This document shows positions 1 to 8,933 of a stretch of 32,000 nucleotides of DNA, one piece after another. The position numbers and the translations under genes were made by a program. The notes below the pieces were generated by a model that saw only the letters and a program-made list of their open reading frames with translations, did no database searches and had not been told where the DNA came from. The DNA comes from Geotalea uraniireducens Rf4 (GTDB lineage Bacteria; Desulfobacterota; Desulfuromonadia; Geobacterales; Geobacteraceae). The DNA is taken from NCBI RefSeq assembly GCF_000016745.1, contig NC_009483.1, forward strand, positions 2,190,001 through 2,222,000. The letters are read 5' to 3'. Position 1 is the stretch's first letter. The number at the start of each line of letters is the position of its first letter.

Positions 1-836
1 AGGTTGATGCCCAGGTTCTGACCATGCTCTGTCATTTTTTTGCCGAACTTGGCCTTGACGAGCCGTCATTGCAGATCAACTCTCTTGGTTGCCCGGACTG
101 CAGGCCGCAGTATCGGCAGGTGCTGAAGGATTTCCTCCGTTCCAGGCTCGAGTACCTCTGCGACGACTGCAAAAGAAGGTTTGAAACCAACCCGCTCAGG
201 GCGCTTGACTGTAAATCGACCGGTTGCAAGGAGGCCACTGTTGGAGCGCCATCGGTACTGGACCACCTCTGCGCCAGCTGCAACGACCATTTTACCAGAA
301 CCAGGCAGCATCTTGAGGCGGTCGGCACCACCTACAGTATCAATGCGCGCATGGTCAGGGGGCTCGATTATTACACCCGCACCACCTTTGAACTTGTTAC
401 CGGCCTTCTCGGCTCCCAGAGCGCAGTTGCCGCCGGAGGTCGTTACGACGGCCTGATATCCGATCTTGGCGGACCGCAACTTCCAGGCATCGGCTTTGCC
501 ATGGGGGTGGAGAGGGTGGCGCTTCTCCTTGCTGAAAAGGATTTTCGCAAACGCCCCGACCTGTTCATTGCCGCCCTCGGTGAATCGGCTCAAAATATGG
601 CATTCAGGCTGATGTGCGGGCTGCAGAAGGAAGGCGCTGCAGTGGAGATCGATTATGAAGGTAAAAGCCTGAAAAGCCAGATGCGCCGCGCTGACAAGTT
701 CAACGCTCGTTTTACCCTGATTATCGGTGATGATGAACTGACAAAGGGGGCTGCGGGTCTGAAAAACATGGACGAGGGGAGCCAGTCGGACGTAGAACTG
801 AACGTCGGTGTCATTGCGCAGCGGATAAAGGGGTAG
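1..836 (+). CDS. hisS: Histidine--tRNA ligase, C-terminal portion (5' end upstream of window)
   Basis: The frame is open from the window edge to TAG at 834-836. The translation carries HisRS-type motifs ('VRGLDYYTRTTFE', 'AAGGRYDGL', 'GFAMGVERV') and a C-terminal anticodon-binding-like segment ('ARFTLIIGDDEL'). Confidence 0.92.
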   Translation, partial: VDAQVLTMLCHFFAELGLDEPSLQINSLGCPDCRPQYRQVLKDFLRSRLEYLCDDCKRRFETNPLRALDCKSTGCKEATVGAPSVLDHLCASCNDHFTRTRQHLEAVGTTYSINARMVRGLDYYTRTTFELVTGLLGSQSAVAAGGRYDGLISDLGGPQLPGIGFAMGVERVALLLAEKDFRKRPDLFIAALGESAQNMAFRLMCGLQKEGAAVEIDYEGKSLKSQMRRADKFNARFTLIIGDDELTKGAAGLKNMDEGSQSDVELNVGVIAQRIKG

Positions 837-858
837 CTTCCGGCAGTCACTTCACGAT

Positions 859-899
859 AGCCGCCTGAACGGTATCTTACCGGCAGGCGGCTTTTATTT
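859..899 (+). terminator. Intrinsic terminator after hisS
   Basis: AGCCGCCTG (859-867) pairs with CAGGCGGCT (884-892). An inner CGGTA/TACCG pairing lies between them, and TTTTATTT follows. Confidence 0.7.
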
Positions 900-912
900 A
901 GTTGAACAGCAT

Positions 913-1875
913 TTGTCTTTGGAGGGTGCGGTTTTGGCGAAAAAGAAAAAAGGCTCAAACAGGAGGAAAAGCTCCGGGAACAAGAGGCCGTTTGCGGCGT
1001 TGCTGATAACGGTCCTCCTCATTATCCTCGCCTTTTATCTGCTGGAAAAAACGAAGCGCGGCGCATCGGAAAAACCTGCGGAGAAGCCGCAGGTGAGCGA
1101 GCGGCTCAAGATGCCGTCGCATCCTGCTCCGCAAGCGGCAAAACATGCTGCATACTCAGCGGCAGTTGTTGCACCGGTTGCCCGGGTAAGGCCGAAGCCG
1201 CATCCAACCGGCTCCGGCACTGTTGCCATTATTGTCGATGACATGGGAAGCAGCATGCAGGAAGTCCGCTCGTTGATGGCAATCGACATTCCCGTCACAT
1301 TTTCCATAATTCCCGGTCTGGCCAAGTCAAAAGGTGTCGCAGAAGCGGCCCACGGCAACGGCGGGGAGGTCATGGTGCATATGCCGATGGAGCCGAAGGG
1401 GTATCCGAAGCAGCGCATGGAAAAGAACGGCCTGCTCCTGTCTGAAAGCGATGAGGAAATCGCGGCCAAGGTGAAAGCCTATCTGCAGGCGGTCCCCTAC
1501 GCCGTTGGGGCAAACAACCATATGGGATCACGTTTTACCGAGAATGAGGAAAAAATGCAGTCCGTTCTGAAGGTGCTGAAAGGGAGGGAGATGTTTTTTG
1601 TCGACAGCAAGACTTCGCCCGCTTCCGTCGGCTACAGCCTGGCACGGAAAATGGGATTGAAGGCGGGGACGCGGCAGGTGTTCCTCGACAATGTACAGAA
1701 TGTGGCAGCCATCAAGGCCCAACTCCAGCAGGTGGCTGATACGGCAAGAAAACGGGGGAGCGCCATTGCCATCTGTCACCCCCATCAGACTACCATCCAG
1801 GCGCTGTCATCCATGTTGCCGGCGTTGAAAAAGGACGGCATAACCTTCGTTTATGCCTCACAACTGGTCAGTTAA
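913..1875 (+). CDS. Divergent polysaccharide deacetylase family protein (YibQ-like), N-terminal membrane anchor
   Basis: 320-aa ORF with a TTG start at 913 (alternative TTG at 934). It has a basic N-terminus followed by a TM helix ('FAALLITVLLIILAFYLL'). The core ('VAIIVDDMG', 'FSIIPG', 'HMPMEP', 'NNHMGSRFT', 'FFVDSKTS', 'ICHPH') resembles the YibQ/PF04748-type family. Confidence 0.72.
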   Translation: MSLEGAVLAKKKKGSNRRKSSGNKRPFAALLITVLLIILAFYLLEKTKRGASEKPAEKPQVSERLKMPSHPAPQAAKHAAYSAAVVAPVARVRPKPHPTGSGTVAIIVDDMGSSMQEVRSLMAIDIPVTFSIIPGLAKSKGVAEAAHGNGGEVMVHMPMEPKGYPKQRMEKNGLLLSESDEEIAAKVKAYLQAVPYAVGANNHMGSRFTENEEKMQSVLKVLKGREMFFVDSKTSPASVGYSLARKMGLKAGTRQVFLDNVQNVAAIKAQLQQVADTARKRGSAIAICHPHQTTIQALSSMLPALKKDGITFVYASQLVS

Positions 1876-1944
1876 ACGGTAGTATTAAAAACAAAAGTTC
1901 GCCGCTGAATTCCCGCCATTCTTAACGCAGGAAACCCTGTCCTG

Positions 1945-3333
1945 TCAGTTTATCTGCTCCGCAATACTTTTTCTCAGCTTTGTCAGTTCACGGTAGTTTT
2001 CTTCGACGAGAATGGCTTCCGGGTTCTTGGCGTTCACCGGATGCACGAGGAGAAAGGCGTCCCTGAACGTGCCGCCGTAACCGTCCAGCGTTCCCGACAT
2101 GAGAGTGAATAGTTGTTCCGGTTTATCCGTCGTCCCTTCCCGGTGCTCCATCAGAGGATAAGATTTTCTCGATATTTGTGCACCGCTGAGATCGAAGCGG
2201 TGGCACTCGACTTCTGCCCCATTGCCGTTTATCCGGGGCTTGAAGGCAAAAGCCGATTCTTTCGCGGTATCGTGCAGCATGAGCCGGACAGGATCGTCAG
2301 CGGCGAGATGGGTGTTGATGTTATATAGCGATGACATGAGGAAATCGGAAAAACAGGCTTCTTCCATAAAGCCGGTGGCACCGCCGTCGGATGTCTCATA
2401 AAAGTATGATACCCCGTGCTGCTTATCAAGGGAGAGAGGTCGGCCGCACAAGAGGCAGTCCGATTTGAGGCCGCTCAGCCGGGCAAAAAAGGCCTCTTTC
2501 TTCCGGTCGTTTTCGGCAGTGAGCCATTGATGGAATAGATATGAGCGGGGCTCTTTCGTGGCCTTGATCTCTTCCATGACCACCTTTGCCAGTTGGGTGA
2601 ACTGGCCGAAGACATCGGTGCCGCGGCCGTGGGTCAGGATCGGGTAGATTTTGCCGTCCGGGTTGGTGTTGAGACTTTCCACTTTGGGGCTTTTCGATAT
2701 GTATATGTCGCGACAGCGGTAGCCGCGGTTGATGGCATAGGCTTTCAGAAGGGTCTTCTGATCGTTGAACATCCCTTCGAACTTGATCCGTTCGTCAATC
2801 AGGCAGGGAATGAGGGATAAACTCTTCTTGTCCAGCCCTCTCTTGTCGAACAGGTCGAAGATGTTGCGGCAGTTTTCCATGCTTGCCAGGTCCTTGATCG
2901 GGATGATGACCTGATCGGCCGCATAGAGAGCGTTCTGGGTGAGGACATCCAGGTCGGGCCTGGTATCGATGATGAGAACACCTGGAATGTCCGAGGCGGC
3001 CAGCAGGCGCGCCAGAACCATCGGCCCCTTGACGGAACTTTTGAGGTCGGCGAGGGCCGTGGATGAGGGGATGTAGTTGACGCCGTATTGCCCCGTGTAG
3101 AGGAGTTCCCTTCCGGTGGTCTCCAGCAGCAGATCAGACACATCGCTGTTCAGTTTCTGTCCCTTGATGGCAAACATCTTGTCGATGGTGAAGTGGTTGT
3201 CAAAAGAGAAGATGGAAACCGGCAGGTTTTCGTCGAGCGCTTTGATAAAAATGGCGAGATTGGTGGCGAGGGTCGTCTTGCCGACCCCCCCTTTTTCCGA
3301 AGAAACGGTGATGATGTATGGATAATTTTTCAT
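1945..3333 (-). CDS. ParA/MinD-family P-loop ATPase fused to an approximately 200-aa C-terminal region of unknown function
   Basis: The deviant Walker A with signature Lys ('[17 protein letters not shown]') and a Walker B-like 'VLIIDTRPD' sit in the first ~260 aa. The likely start is the ATG at 3333 ([10 protein letters not shown]); the ORF track begins 4 codons upstream at 3345. I do not recognise any family in the C-terminal half (roughly 1945-2540). Confidence 0.8.
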   Translation of the reverse strand: MKNYPYIITVSSEKGGVGKTTLATNLAIFIKALDENLPVSIFSFDNHFTIDKMFAIKGQKLNSDVSDLLLETTGRELLYTGQYGVNYIPSSTALADLKSSVKGPMVLARLLAASDIPGVLIIDTRPDLDVLTQNALYAADQVIIPIKDLASMENCRNIFDLFDKRGLDKKSLSLIPCLIDERIKFEGMFNDQKTLLKAYAINRGYRCRDIYISKSPKVESLNTNPDGKIYPILTHGRGTDVFGQFTQLAKVVMEEIKATKEPRSYLFHQWLTAENDRKKEAFFARLSGLKSDCLLCGRPLSLDKQHGVSYFYETSDGGATGFMEEACFSDFLMSSLYNINTHLAADDPVRLMLHDTAKESAFAFKPRINGNGAEVECHRFDLSGAQISRKSYPLMEHREGTTDKPEQLFTLMSGTLDGYGGTFRDAFLLVHPVNAKNPEAILVEENYRELTKLRKSIAEQIN

Positions 3334-3435
3334 GGCGCACATCATACAATGAAGTCATCATCATGGTCAACCGGTTTGACATGGGCGGGGCACTGTGATA
3401 GAAACTTGTCACTGTGGCGCATTTGGGAGGCTTGG

Positions 3436-4776
3436 GTGGAATTGTTCGCTGAAAAAAGGATTCTTACCGTCAGTCAGCTCAACGGGTTGATTCGCGGGGT
3501 GCTTGAGGAAAATTTCGAGCAGGTCTGGGTGGAGGGGGAGATCTCCAACCTTGCCATGCCGCACTCCGGACATCTCTATTTCACCCTCAAGGATGCCGGC
3601 GCCCAGGTACGATGCGTTATGTTCCGCGCCTCTTCCCGGGCGCTGAAATTCAAGCCGAAAGACGGCATGGGGCTCATCGTCCGCGGCAGGGTATCGGTTT
3701 TCGAGCCGCGGGGAGAATATCAGCTTATCGTCGAATATCTGGAGCCGCAGGGGATCGGCGCGCTCCAGCTCGCCTTTATCCAGCTTAAGGAGCGGCTGGC
3801 CAAAGAGGGGCTCTTTGCCGAAACGCATAAAAAGCCGATTCCAAAGCTGCCGCAGCGTATCGGTGTGGTGACGTCCGCAACCGGCGCGGCGATCCACGAC
3901 ATACTCAATGTGCTCAATCGTCGCTTTGCCAACGTTCAGGTGCTGATCCGTCCGGTGAAGGTGCAGGGGGAGGGGGCGGCCGGGGAGATCGCTGCGGCGA
4001 TCCGGGACTTCAACCGCTATCGGGAAATCGACGTGATGATCGTCGGGCGCGGCGGCGGTTCCCTTGAGGACCTATGGGCATTCAACGAAGAGGTGGTGGC
4101 GCGGGCCATCTACGAGTCGAAAATCCCGGTGATTTCTGCTGTCGGTCACGAGATAGATTTTACCATCGCCGATTTTGTCGCCGACCTGCGTGCACCGACC
4201 CCGTCGGCAGCCGCGGAGCTGGTGGTAAAGAGCAAGGCCGAGCTGGCGTCCGACCTGGACGCTTTATCCCACCGGCTTGTCTTGGCCATGCGCCATTGTC
4301 TTGAGGACTGTTGGGGGGATGTGAACGGCTTGACCCGGGCATTAAAGGACCCTTCGTTATTGCTCGGTCATCTGGCACAGCGGGTCGATGACCTTGACGA
4401 ACGGATCAAGCATGCCGTGCAGGTTATGTTGCTGCGGCGTAAGGAAAAGGCCGCTTTTCTGCAAAACCGCCTCCGTCTGCAAAATCCCGCCTTGCAGGTT
4501 GAACAGGGTAAGGAGCTCCTGCTCGGCTACTGTGCCAGGATGGAGAACACCATGGAGCGGTTGCTGGAGCGAGCCAGACAGGCGGCAGCGGTAAGCGCCG
4601 GGAAACTCCATGCGCTCTCGCCATTGGCGACCCTGGCCCGCGGCTACAGTATCGTACGGAAGTTGCCGGATATGTCTGTCATTAGTGACAGCAGCCAGGT
4701 TGAGCCGGGCGATCTGCTGGATCTGACATTTCAGCAGGGGGGAGCGCACTGCCGGGTTGAAACGAAGCACGACTGA
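3436..4776 (+). CDS. xseA: Exodeoxyribonuclease VII large subunit
   Basis: The typical XseA N-terminus is present ('[30 protein letters not shown]', an OB-fold), along with the catalytic core '[14 protein letters not shown]' and '[18 protein letters not shown]'. I chose the GTG at 3436 because GGGAGG (3425-3430) lies 5 nt upstream. The track ORF start at 3088 would overlap the divergent ParA-like gene. Confidence 0.9.
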   Translation: MELFAEKRILTVSQLNGLIRGVLEENFEQVWVEGEISNLAMPHSGHLYFTLKDAGAQVRCVMFRASSRALKFKPKDGMGLIVRGRVSVFEPRGEYQLIVEYLEPQGIGALQLAFIQLKERLAKEGLFAETHKKPIPKLPQRIGVVTSATGAAIHDILNVLNRRFANVQVLIRPVKVQGEGAAGEIAAAIRDFNRYREIDVMIVGRGGGSLEDLWAFNEEVVARAIYESKIPVISAVGHEIDFTIADFVADLRAPTPSAAAELVVKSKAELASDLDALSHRLVLAMRHCLEDCWGDVNGLTRALKDPSLLLGHLAQRVDDLDERIKHAVQVMLLRRKEKAAFLQNRLRLQNPALQVEQGKELLLGYCARMENTMERLLERARQAAAVSAGKLHALSPLATLARGYSIVRKLPDMSVISDSSQVEPGDLLDLTFQQGGAHCRVETKHD

Positions 4777-4798
4777 ATTGACCGCAAGAATCCCCCGT

Positions 4799-5482
4799 TC
4801 AGGTCAATGTTACTTCGAGTTCGCCTTCGGGCGGAATGAGCTGGCTGAAGTAGTGAATGGAGGTATAGCTGCCGGATGCCTCAGGCTTGACCGTAGAGCT
4901 GAAGCGGCTTACGTAGATGAGATACTTAATGCCGTAACATTGGGCTGTAGACAGGTTGGTTTCACTGTCTTCACCGAGCAGGGTCCTTTCCGGCCGGTAT
5001 GGTATCCTGTTATGCAAGGCGGTCCAGAATGCAACGTCTTCCTTAGGCAGGCCCAGTTCGTGGGCTGAGATGATGCCGGTAAAATACGGACCGATGCGTG
5101 TTTTGTTCAGTTTCAGCGCCAACGTCTTGCTGTGCGCATTGGTCACGAGGTAGATTTGCTTGTTGTGTCGTTTGAGATAAAGGAGGAACTCCACGACGAA
5201 GGGATGGACAGCAATGAGGTGGTCGACTTCCTGTTTCAAAAGCGGTATATCAAGGCCGAGCTGTTCGGTCCAGTAGTCGAGGTCGGTCCAGTTGAGGGTG
5301 TTTTCCTGGGACCTGAAGTGGCTGTATAGAAAGCTCTTTGCTTCGTCCAGGGAGAGACGGTGTTTCGCTGCGTACCTCTTCGGCACATGCTCCAGCCAGA
5401 AATGGTCGTCAAAATGACGATCCAGGAGAGTGCCGTCCATATCCAGGAGGACGGTGTCGATGTCGTTCCAGTTAAGCTTCAT
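4799..5482 (-). CDS. HAD-superfamily hydrolase (YrfG-like nucleotidase/phosphatase subfamily IA)
   Basis: 227-aa ORF with HAD motif I 'VLLDMDGTLLD', motif II 'LVTNA', and a C-terminal acidic motif region ('LLGEDSETN'). Confidence 0.72.
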   Translation of the reverse strand: MKLNWNDIDTVLLDMDGTLLDRHFDDHFWLEHVPKRYAAKHRLSLDEAKSFLYSHFRSQENTLNWTDLDYWTEQLGLDIPLLKQEVDHLIAVHPFVVEFLLYLKRHNKQIYLVTNAHSKTLALKLNKTRIGPYFTGIISAHELGLPKEDVAFWTALHNRIPYRPERTLLGEDSETNLSTAQCYGIKYLIYVSRFSSTVKPEASGSYTSIHYFSQLIPPEGELEVTLT

Positions 5483-5517
5483 GTAGAGATTCTGTTATCC
5501 TGAAAACGATAGATTTA

Positions 5518-5549
5518 CGTTAAAGAAAAGGCCCTTATCGGGCCTTTTC
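5518..5549 (-). terminator. Intrinsic terminator of thrC (stop codon lies in the loop)
   Basis: On the minus strand, GAAAAGGCCC / GGGCCTTTTC form a 10-bp stem (5525-5534 with 5540-5549) around a 5-nt loop containing the thrC TAA. A T-rich tail follows (CTTTTCTTTAA). Confidence 0.6.
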
Positions 5550-6917
5550 CGCTATGAATTTCTCGATTGCCGTCCGATTTGCCTCCATGATCTCGCAGCG
5601 TGTCGGCAGTTGTTCGATTCCTGCCAGGCACGCCGGGAATGGCGGAGCGGTACCGGTAGCCTTTTCCACGGCTTCACCGAACTTGGCCGGATGCGCCGTG
5701 GCCAGACAGACGGCTGTGCCGTCCGTAACGCACGCCAGTGCGGCCTTGACGCCCACTGCCGTGTGCGGGTCCAGGAGATAGCCGGTTTCTTGGTGAAAAG
5801 CGGCAATCGTATCCAGGGTTTCCTGTTCGTTGACCGAGCGGGAGGCGAACTCTCGCCGTACCGTTCTCATCTCCTCATCCGTGAAATCCATGCGGCCGGT
5901 TGCGGCAAAGCGGGTAAATATGTCGCGGACCCTCGCCGGGTTTTCGTCGAACAGGTAATAGAGGTAGCGTTCGAAATTGGAGGCGACCTGAATATCCATG
6001 GAAGGAGAAACGGTCTGCACCACGGAGCCTATTGAGTAGTCCCCCTCGTTGATAAAGCGGGTGAGGATGTTGTTTTCATTGGTAGCCAGGAGCAGTTTAT
6101 CGATGGGAAGTCCCATGCGTTTTGCCACAAAACCGGCAAAAATATCGCCGAAGTTGCCGGTCGGCACGGAGAAGGTAATGGGGGAATCCACTTCATCGCT
6201 GACCCTGAACCAGGCGTAGAAATAATAAACTACCTGCGCCAGAACCCGTGCCCAGTTTATGGAGTTTACCGCTCCAAGTGCGTACTTTTCCTTGAAGGTA
6301 AGGTCGTTGAACAGTTCCTTGACGATGTTCTGGCAATCGTCAAAGGTTCCTTTGACCGCTATGTTGTGCACATTGGCGTCAAGCACGGTGGTCATCTGGC
6401 GCGCCTGGATGGGTGAAGTCTTGCCATGGGGGTGAAGAATGAAGATGTTGATGTTTTCCTTGCCGCGTACCCCGTAAATGGCAGCGCTCCCCGTGTCGCC
6501 CGAGGTCGCGCCGACTATGTTCATTTTTTGCCCGCTCTCCTTGAGCAGGTATTCGAAAAGGTTCCCTAAAAACTGCAGCGCGACATCCTTGAATGCCAGA
6601 GTCGGGCCGTGGAAAAGCTCTGCAATGTAAACCCCGTTTTCCTTCACCACCGGAGTGATCTCTTTGTGGTCAAAGCTGTCGTAGGAGCTGTCGATGAGGC
6701 GTTTCAGGTCGTTTGCCGGAATGTCGTCGGCAAACAGGGAAATGATCCGGAATGCCAGCTCACGGTAGGGGAGTTGGCGCCATGAAGAAAGGGTTGCGGC
6801 GTCTATGGCCGGAATTCGCTCGGGGAGGAGCAGGCCGCCGTCGGTGGCCAGTCCCATCATCACTGCTTCCTTAAAGCCGACCGGCTGGATGTTGCCTCTG
6901 GTGCTGATGTATTTCAT
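5535..6917 (-). CDS. thrC: Threonine synthase (long form)
   Basis: The translation begins 'MKYISTRGN...' and includes the PLP-lysine region 'GPTLAFKDVALQ' and 'GATSGDTGSAA'. I chose the start ATG at 6917; the track ORF extends 17 codons upstream. Confidence 0.92.
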   Translation of the reverse strand: MKYISTRGNIQPVGFKEAVMMGLATDGGLLLPERIPAIDAATLSSWRQLPYRELAFRIISLFADDIPANDLKRLIDSSYDSFDHKEITPVVKENGVYIAELFHGPTLAFKDVALQFLGNLFEYLLKESGQKMNIVGATSGDTGSAAIYGVRGKENINIFILHPHGKTSPIQARQMTTVLDANVHNIAVKGTFDDCQNIVKELFNDLTFKEKYALGAVNSINWARVLAQVVYYFYAWFRVSDEVDSPITFSVPTGNFGDIFAGFVAKRMGLPIDKLLLATNENNILTRFINEGDYSIGSVVQTVSPSMDIQVASNFERYLYYLFDENPARVRDIFTRFAATGRMDFTDEEMRTVRREFASRSVNEQETLDTIAAFHQETGYLLDPHTAVGVKAALACVTDGTAVCLATAHPAKFGEAVEKATGTAPPFPACLAGIEQLPTRCEIMEANRTAIEKFIAEKAR

Positions 6918-7033
6918 GGTTCGTGTCTCTCTGAAAATTATAATAGTGTGAAACCTGGCAGGCGACACATACTAGCAGGTAAAACTCAAAATGTGAAGGG
7001 GTTTGGACGGGGTTTTTCTGCTTGTATACCGGT

Positions 7034-7966
7034 TCAACGCTTCTCCGATTTCTTCAGCAGGGCATCTCGTTCGGAGAGGAGGCGTTCCGACTTCACCTTG
7101 TCCCCCATTTTCTCATAGAGCTGGGACATTTTCAGGAGATCGCCCGCTGCAGATTCCACATCTCCATCGTTGAGGCTGACTGCGTAGGCGCGCCGATATA
7201 ACCGCATGGTCTGTTCAGGTTCATTGAGGGAAACGTAAAGGAGGGCGAGCCCGCGCAGATCGCCGGCGATCTTTCTGCTCTTGCCCAGCGCCTTGTCCAG
7301 AGCAAGTGCCTGTTTGTACGCTTCGAGCGCTTCCCCCGGGCGTTTTGTCGAAGTGAAAATCCCTCCCAAAAGTCGCAGTGAATTTGCTTCTTCCTCGCGC
7401 AGTTTGGCTTTTCTGTTTAACGTAAGGGACTCTTTCGCCTTTTCCCCGGCTTCGTCAAAACGTCCCTCCAGGTAAAGTATCCTGGCCAGGAGATTCAATC
7501 TGCTGCCTCGTTTGTTGCCTGTTTCTGCGGCCAGGGATTTGACCGTCCATTCCCTGGCATCGGTAAGATCCTTTGACTGCAGGCTCACCTTGCTCTTTTC
7601 ATAAGCGACCTCGGAATAGAGTGGCGACAGGGGCGTTATGAGGTTGACGGCACGGTCAACGGCACGTCGGGCTGCGTCGATTTCTTCTTTATATCTGTTT
7701 ACTCGGGAGATGTTCACCAGCGCCACTACCATCCCGTCGGTATTTTCTATTGCGTCGTTGATTCTCAAAGATTCGTTGAAATTGTCAAGTGCCGATTCGC
7801 GATCCCCCCTGGCCTCGGACTTGATACCTCTCTGGTTGTATTTTATCGCATCCTGTTGAGTGGCGGAGAGGGGTGTCACGCTTTTACCGCCGCAGCCGGC
7901 AAGCGGCAGCAGGACAACAATCATTAATAACCAAAAGCTGCTGTTTATCTTCCATTTTTCAATCAT
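7034..7966 (-). CDS. TPR-repeat lipoprotein
   Basis: There is a signal peptide with lipobox 'LLPLAGC' directly after the start 'MIEKWKINSSFWLL'. The rest consists of repeated TPR-like helices ('AIKYNQRGIKSEARGD', 'ALEAYKQALALDKALGK', 'AYAVSLNDGD'). The start at 7966 overlaps the MlaD-like stop by 8 nt. Confidence 0.72.
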   Translation of the reverse strand: MIEKWKINSSFWLLMIVVLLPLAGCGGKSVTPLSATQQDAIKYNQRGIKSEARGDRESALDNFNESLRINDAIENTDGMVVALVNISRVNRYKEEIDAARRAVDRAVNLITPLSPLYSEVAYEKSKVSLQSKDLTDAREWTVKSLAAETGNKRGSRLNLLARILYLEGRFDEAGEKAKESLTLNRKAKLREEEANSLRLLGGIFTSTKRPGEALEAYKQALALDKALGKSRKIAGDLRGLALLYVSLNEPEQTMRLYRRAYAVSLNDGDVESAAGDLLKMSQLYEKMGDKVKSERLLSERDALLKKSEKR

Positions 7967-8933
7967 AACTGTCACCCGGCACGAACTCTTTCTCATTGGG
8001 GACCGGCACATGATTCTTGATCGGCCAGGTATCCTTCAGGGCGTTAATCAAGGTGTCGGTTCCCTCCATCACATCCTCGGCACTATTAATCAGTTGCGGG
8101 ATCCTCGGCATGGCCTTTTCAGATGCTTTCTGCACCTGCTGGGCGGTCTTTTCCACATGATCCAGGCTGGCATCGATTTTTTGCAGCAGTGGCGGGAGGC
8201 TTCCCTCTATCTTTGCCATCGATCTGTCCACCTTCTCCAGTGTGGGGCCAAGGGCGTTGATCTTCTCGTTTGCATTGTTCAGCACGGTTGTCCCATTGCG
8301 GGTGATTGCGCCGATGTTTTCTTTGGATGAAACAAGGAGGGCATCGACATGCTCCCTCGTGCCGTGCAGTTCCTGGGTAAGCATGTTGACATTTTTCAAA
8401 GATTGCTTGATGTCGCCGTTCGGGTCGTTAATGTAGCTGATGATGTCCCGCACCTCGATGAGGACCGGTTTCACCTTGTCGGCGATGTCGTTGGCCACTT
8501 CTTCCAGCCCTTTTGTTTTCTCAAAGCGAATGATGTCGCCGTTCTTCAGTACCTTGCCTGCCGGTGAGCCGACTGCGACCTCGATGATGTTGTCCCCGAC
8601 AAGCCCTTCCTTTATGAGCTTTGCGCTGGAGTCGTTCTTTATCCACTTTTGATATTCCTTGTCGATTTCAATGACAATATCGACCATGGCCTTTTGGTTG
8701 AGGGAAATGGTTTTGACTCTGCCGATCCTGAAACCGGAAAGCTTGACCGGCATTCCCCGGGAAAAGCCGGTACCTTTTTCTGCCGTGAATTTCAGCTGGT
8801 ACTTGGGGGTGAAAATGTCCTTGTCCGCTCCGATGAGGAACACTCCGGCGATAACACCGGCAATGGCAACCGCGGCAAATATGCCGATTTTCTTTTCCAG
8901 GTGTTTAAACCGTACATCCTCTTCCTGTATCAT
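7959..8933 (-). CDS. MlaD/MCE-domain protein with long C-terminal helical extension
   Basis: The protein has an N-terminal TM helix ('IGIFAAVAIAGVIAGVFLIG'). Its MCE domain ('GMPVKLSGFRIGRVKTISLN...SSAKLIKEGLVGDNIIEV') aligns with E. coli MlaD. About 185 further residues follow, rich in heptad-like polar/hydrophobic spacing. The start overlaps the upstream NBD stop as ATGA. Confidence 0.8.
   Translation of the reverse strand: MIQEEDVRFKHLEKKIGIFAAVAIAGVIAGVFLIGADKDIFTPKYQLKFTAEKGTGFSRGMPVKLSGFRIGRVKTISLNQKAMVDIVIEIDKEYQKWIKNDSSAKLIKEGLVGDNIIEVAVGSPAGKVLKNGDIIRFEKTKGLEEVANDIADKVKPVLIEVRDIISYINDPNGDIKQSLKNVNMLTQELHGTREHVDALLVSSKENIGAITRNGTTVLNNANEKINALGPTLEKVDRSMAKIEGSLPPLLQKIDASLDHVEKTAQQVQKASEKAMPRIPQLINSAEDVMEGTDTLINALKDTWPIKNHVPVPNEKEFVPGDSYD

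Noticed and set aside
1876-1944. A weak hairpin, CAGGA-N7-TCCTG, in the convergent gap between the deacetylase and ParA-like genes.
   Set aside because: The stem is only 5 bp and no U-tract follows on either strand, so there is not enough support to call a terminator.
3088-3435. The 5' extension of the xseA ORF: the track ORF starts at 3088, adding 116 aa.
   Set aside because: The extension overlaps the N-terminal coding region of the divergent ParA-like gene and has no XseA-like sequence. The conserved XseA N-terminus begins right after a GTG at 3436, which has a GGGAGG ribosome-binding site. The same logic trimmed the track ORF starts of thrC, the TPR lipoprotein, the MBL hydrolase, dut, cytochrome c and tig.
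3436-4798. No xseB (exonuclease VII small subunit) follows xseA.
   Set aside because: xseA and xseB are unlinked in well-studied genomes; in E. coli, xseB sits with ispA and dxs. Absence from this window is therefore not unusual.
4757-5068. A 103-aa plus-strand ORF starting inside the xseA end and running antisense to the HAD hydrolase gene.
   Set aside because: It has no ribosome-binding site or recognisable motif, and it lies fully within the convergent overlap of two confident genes.
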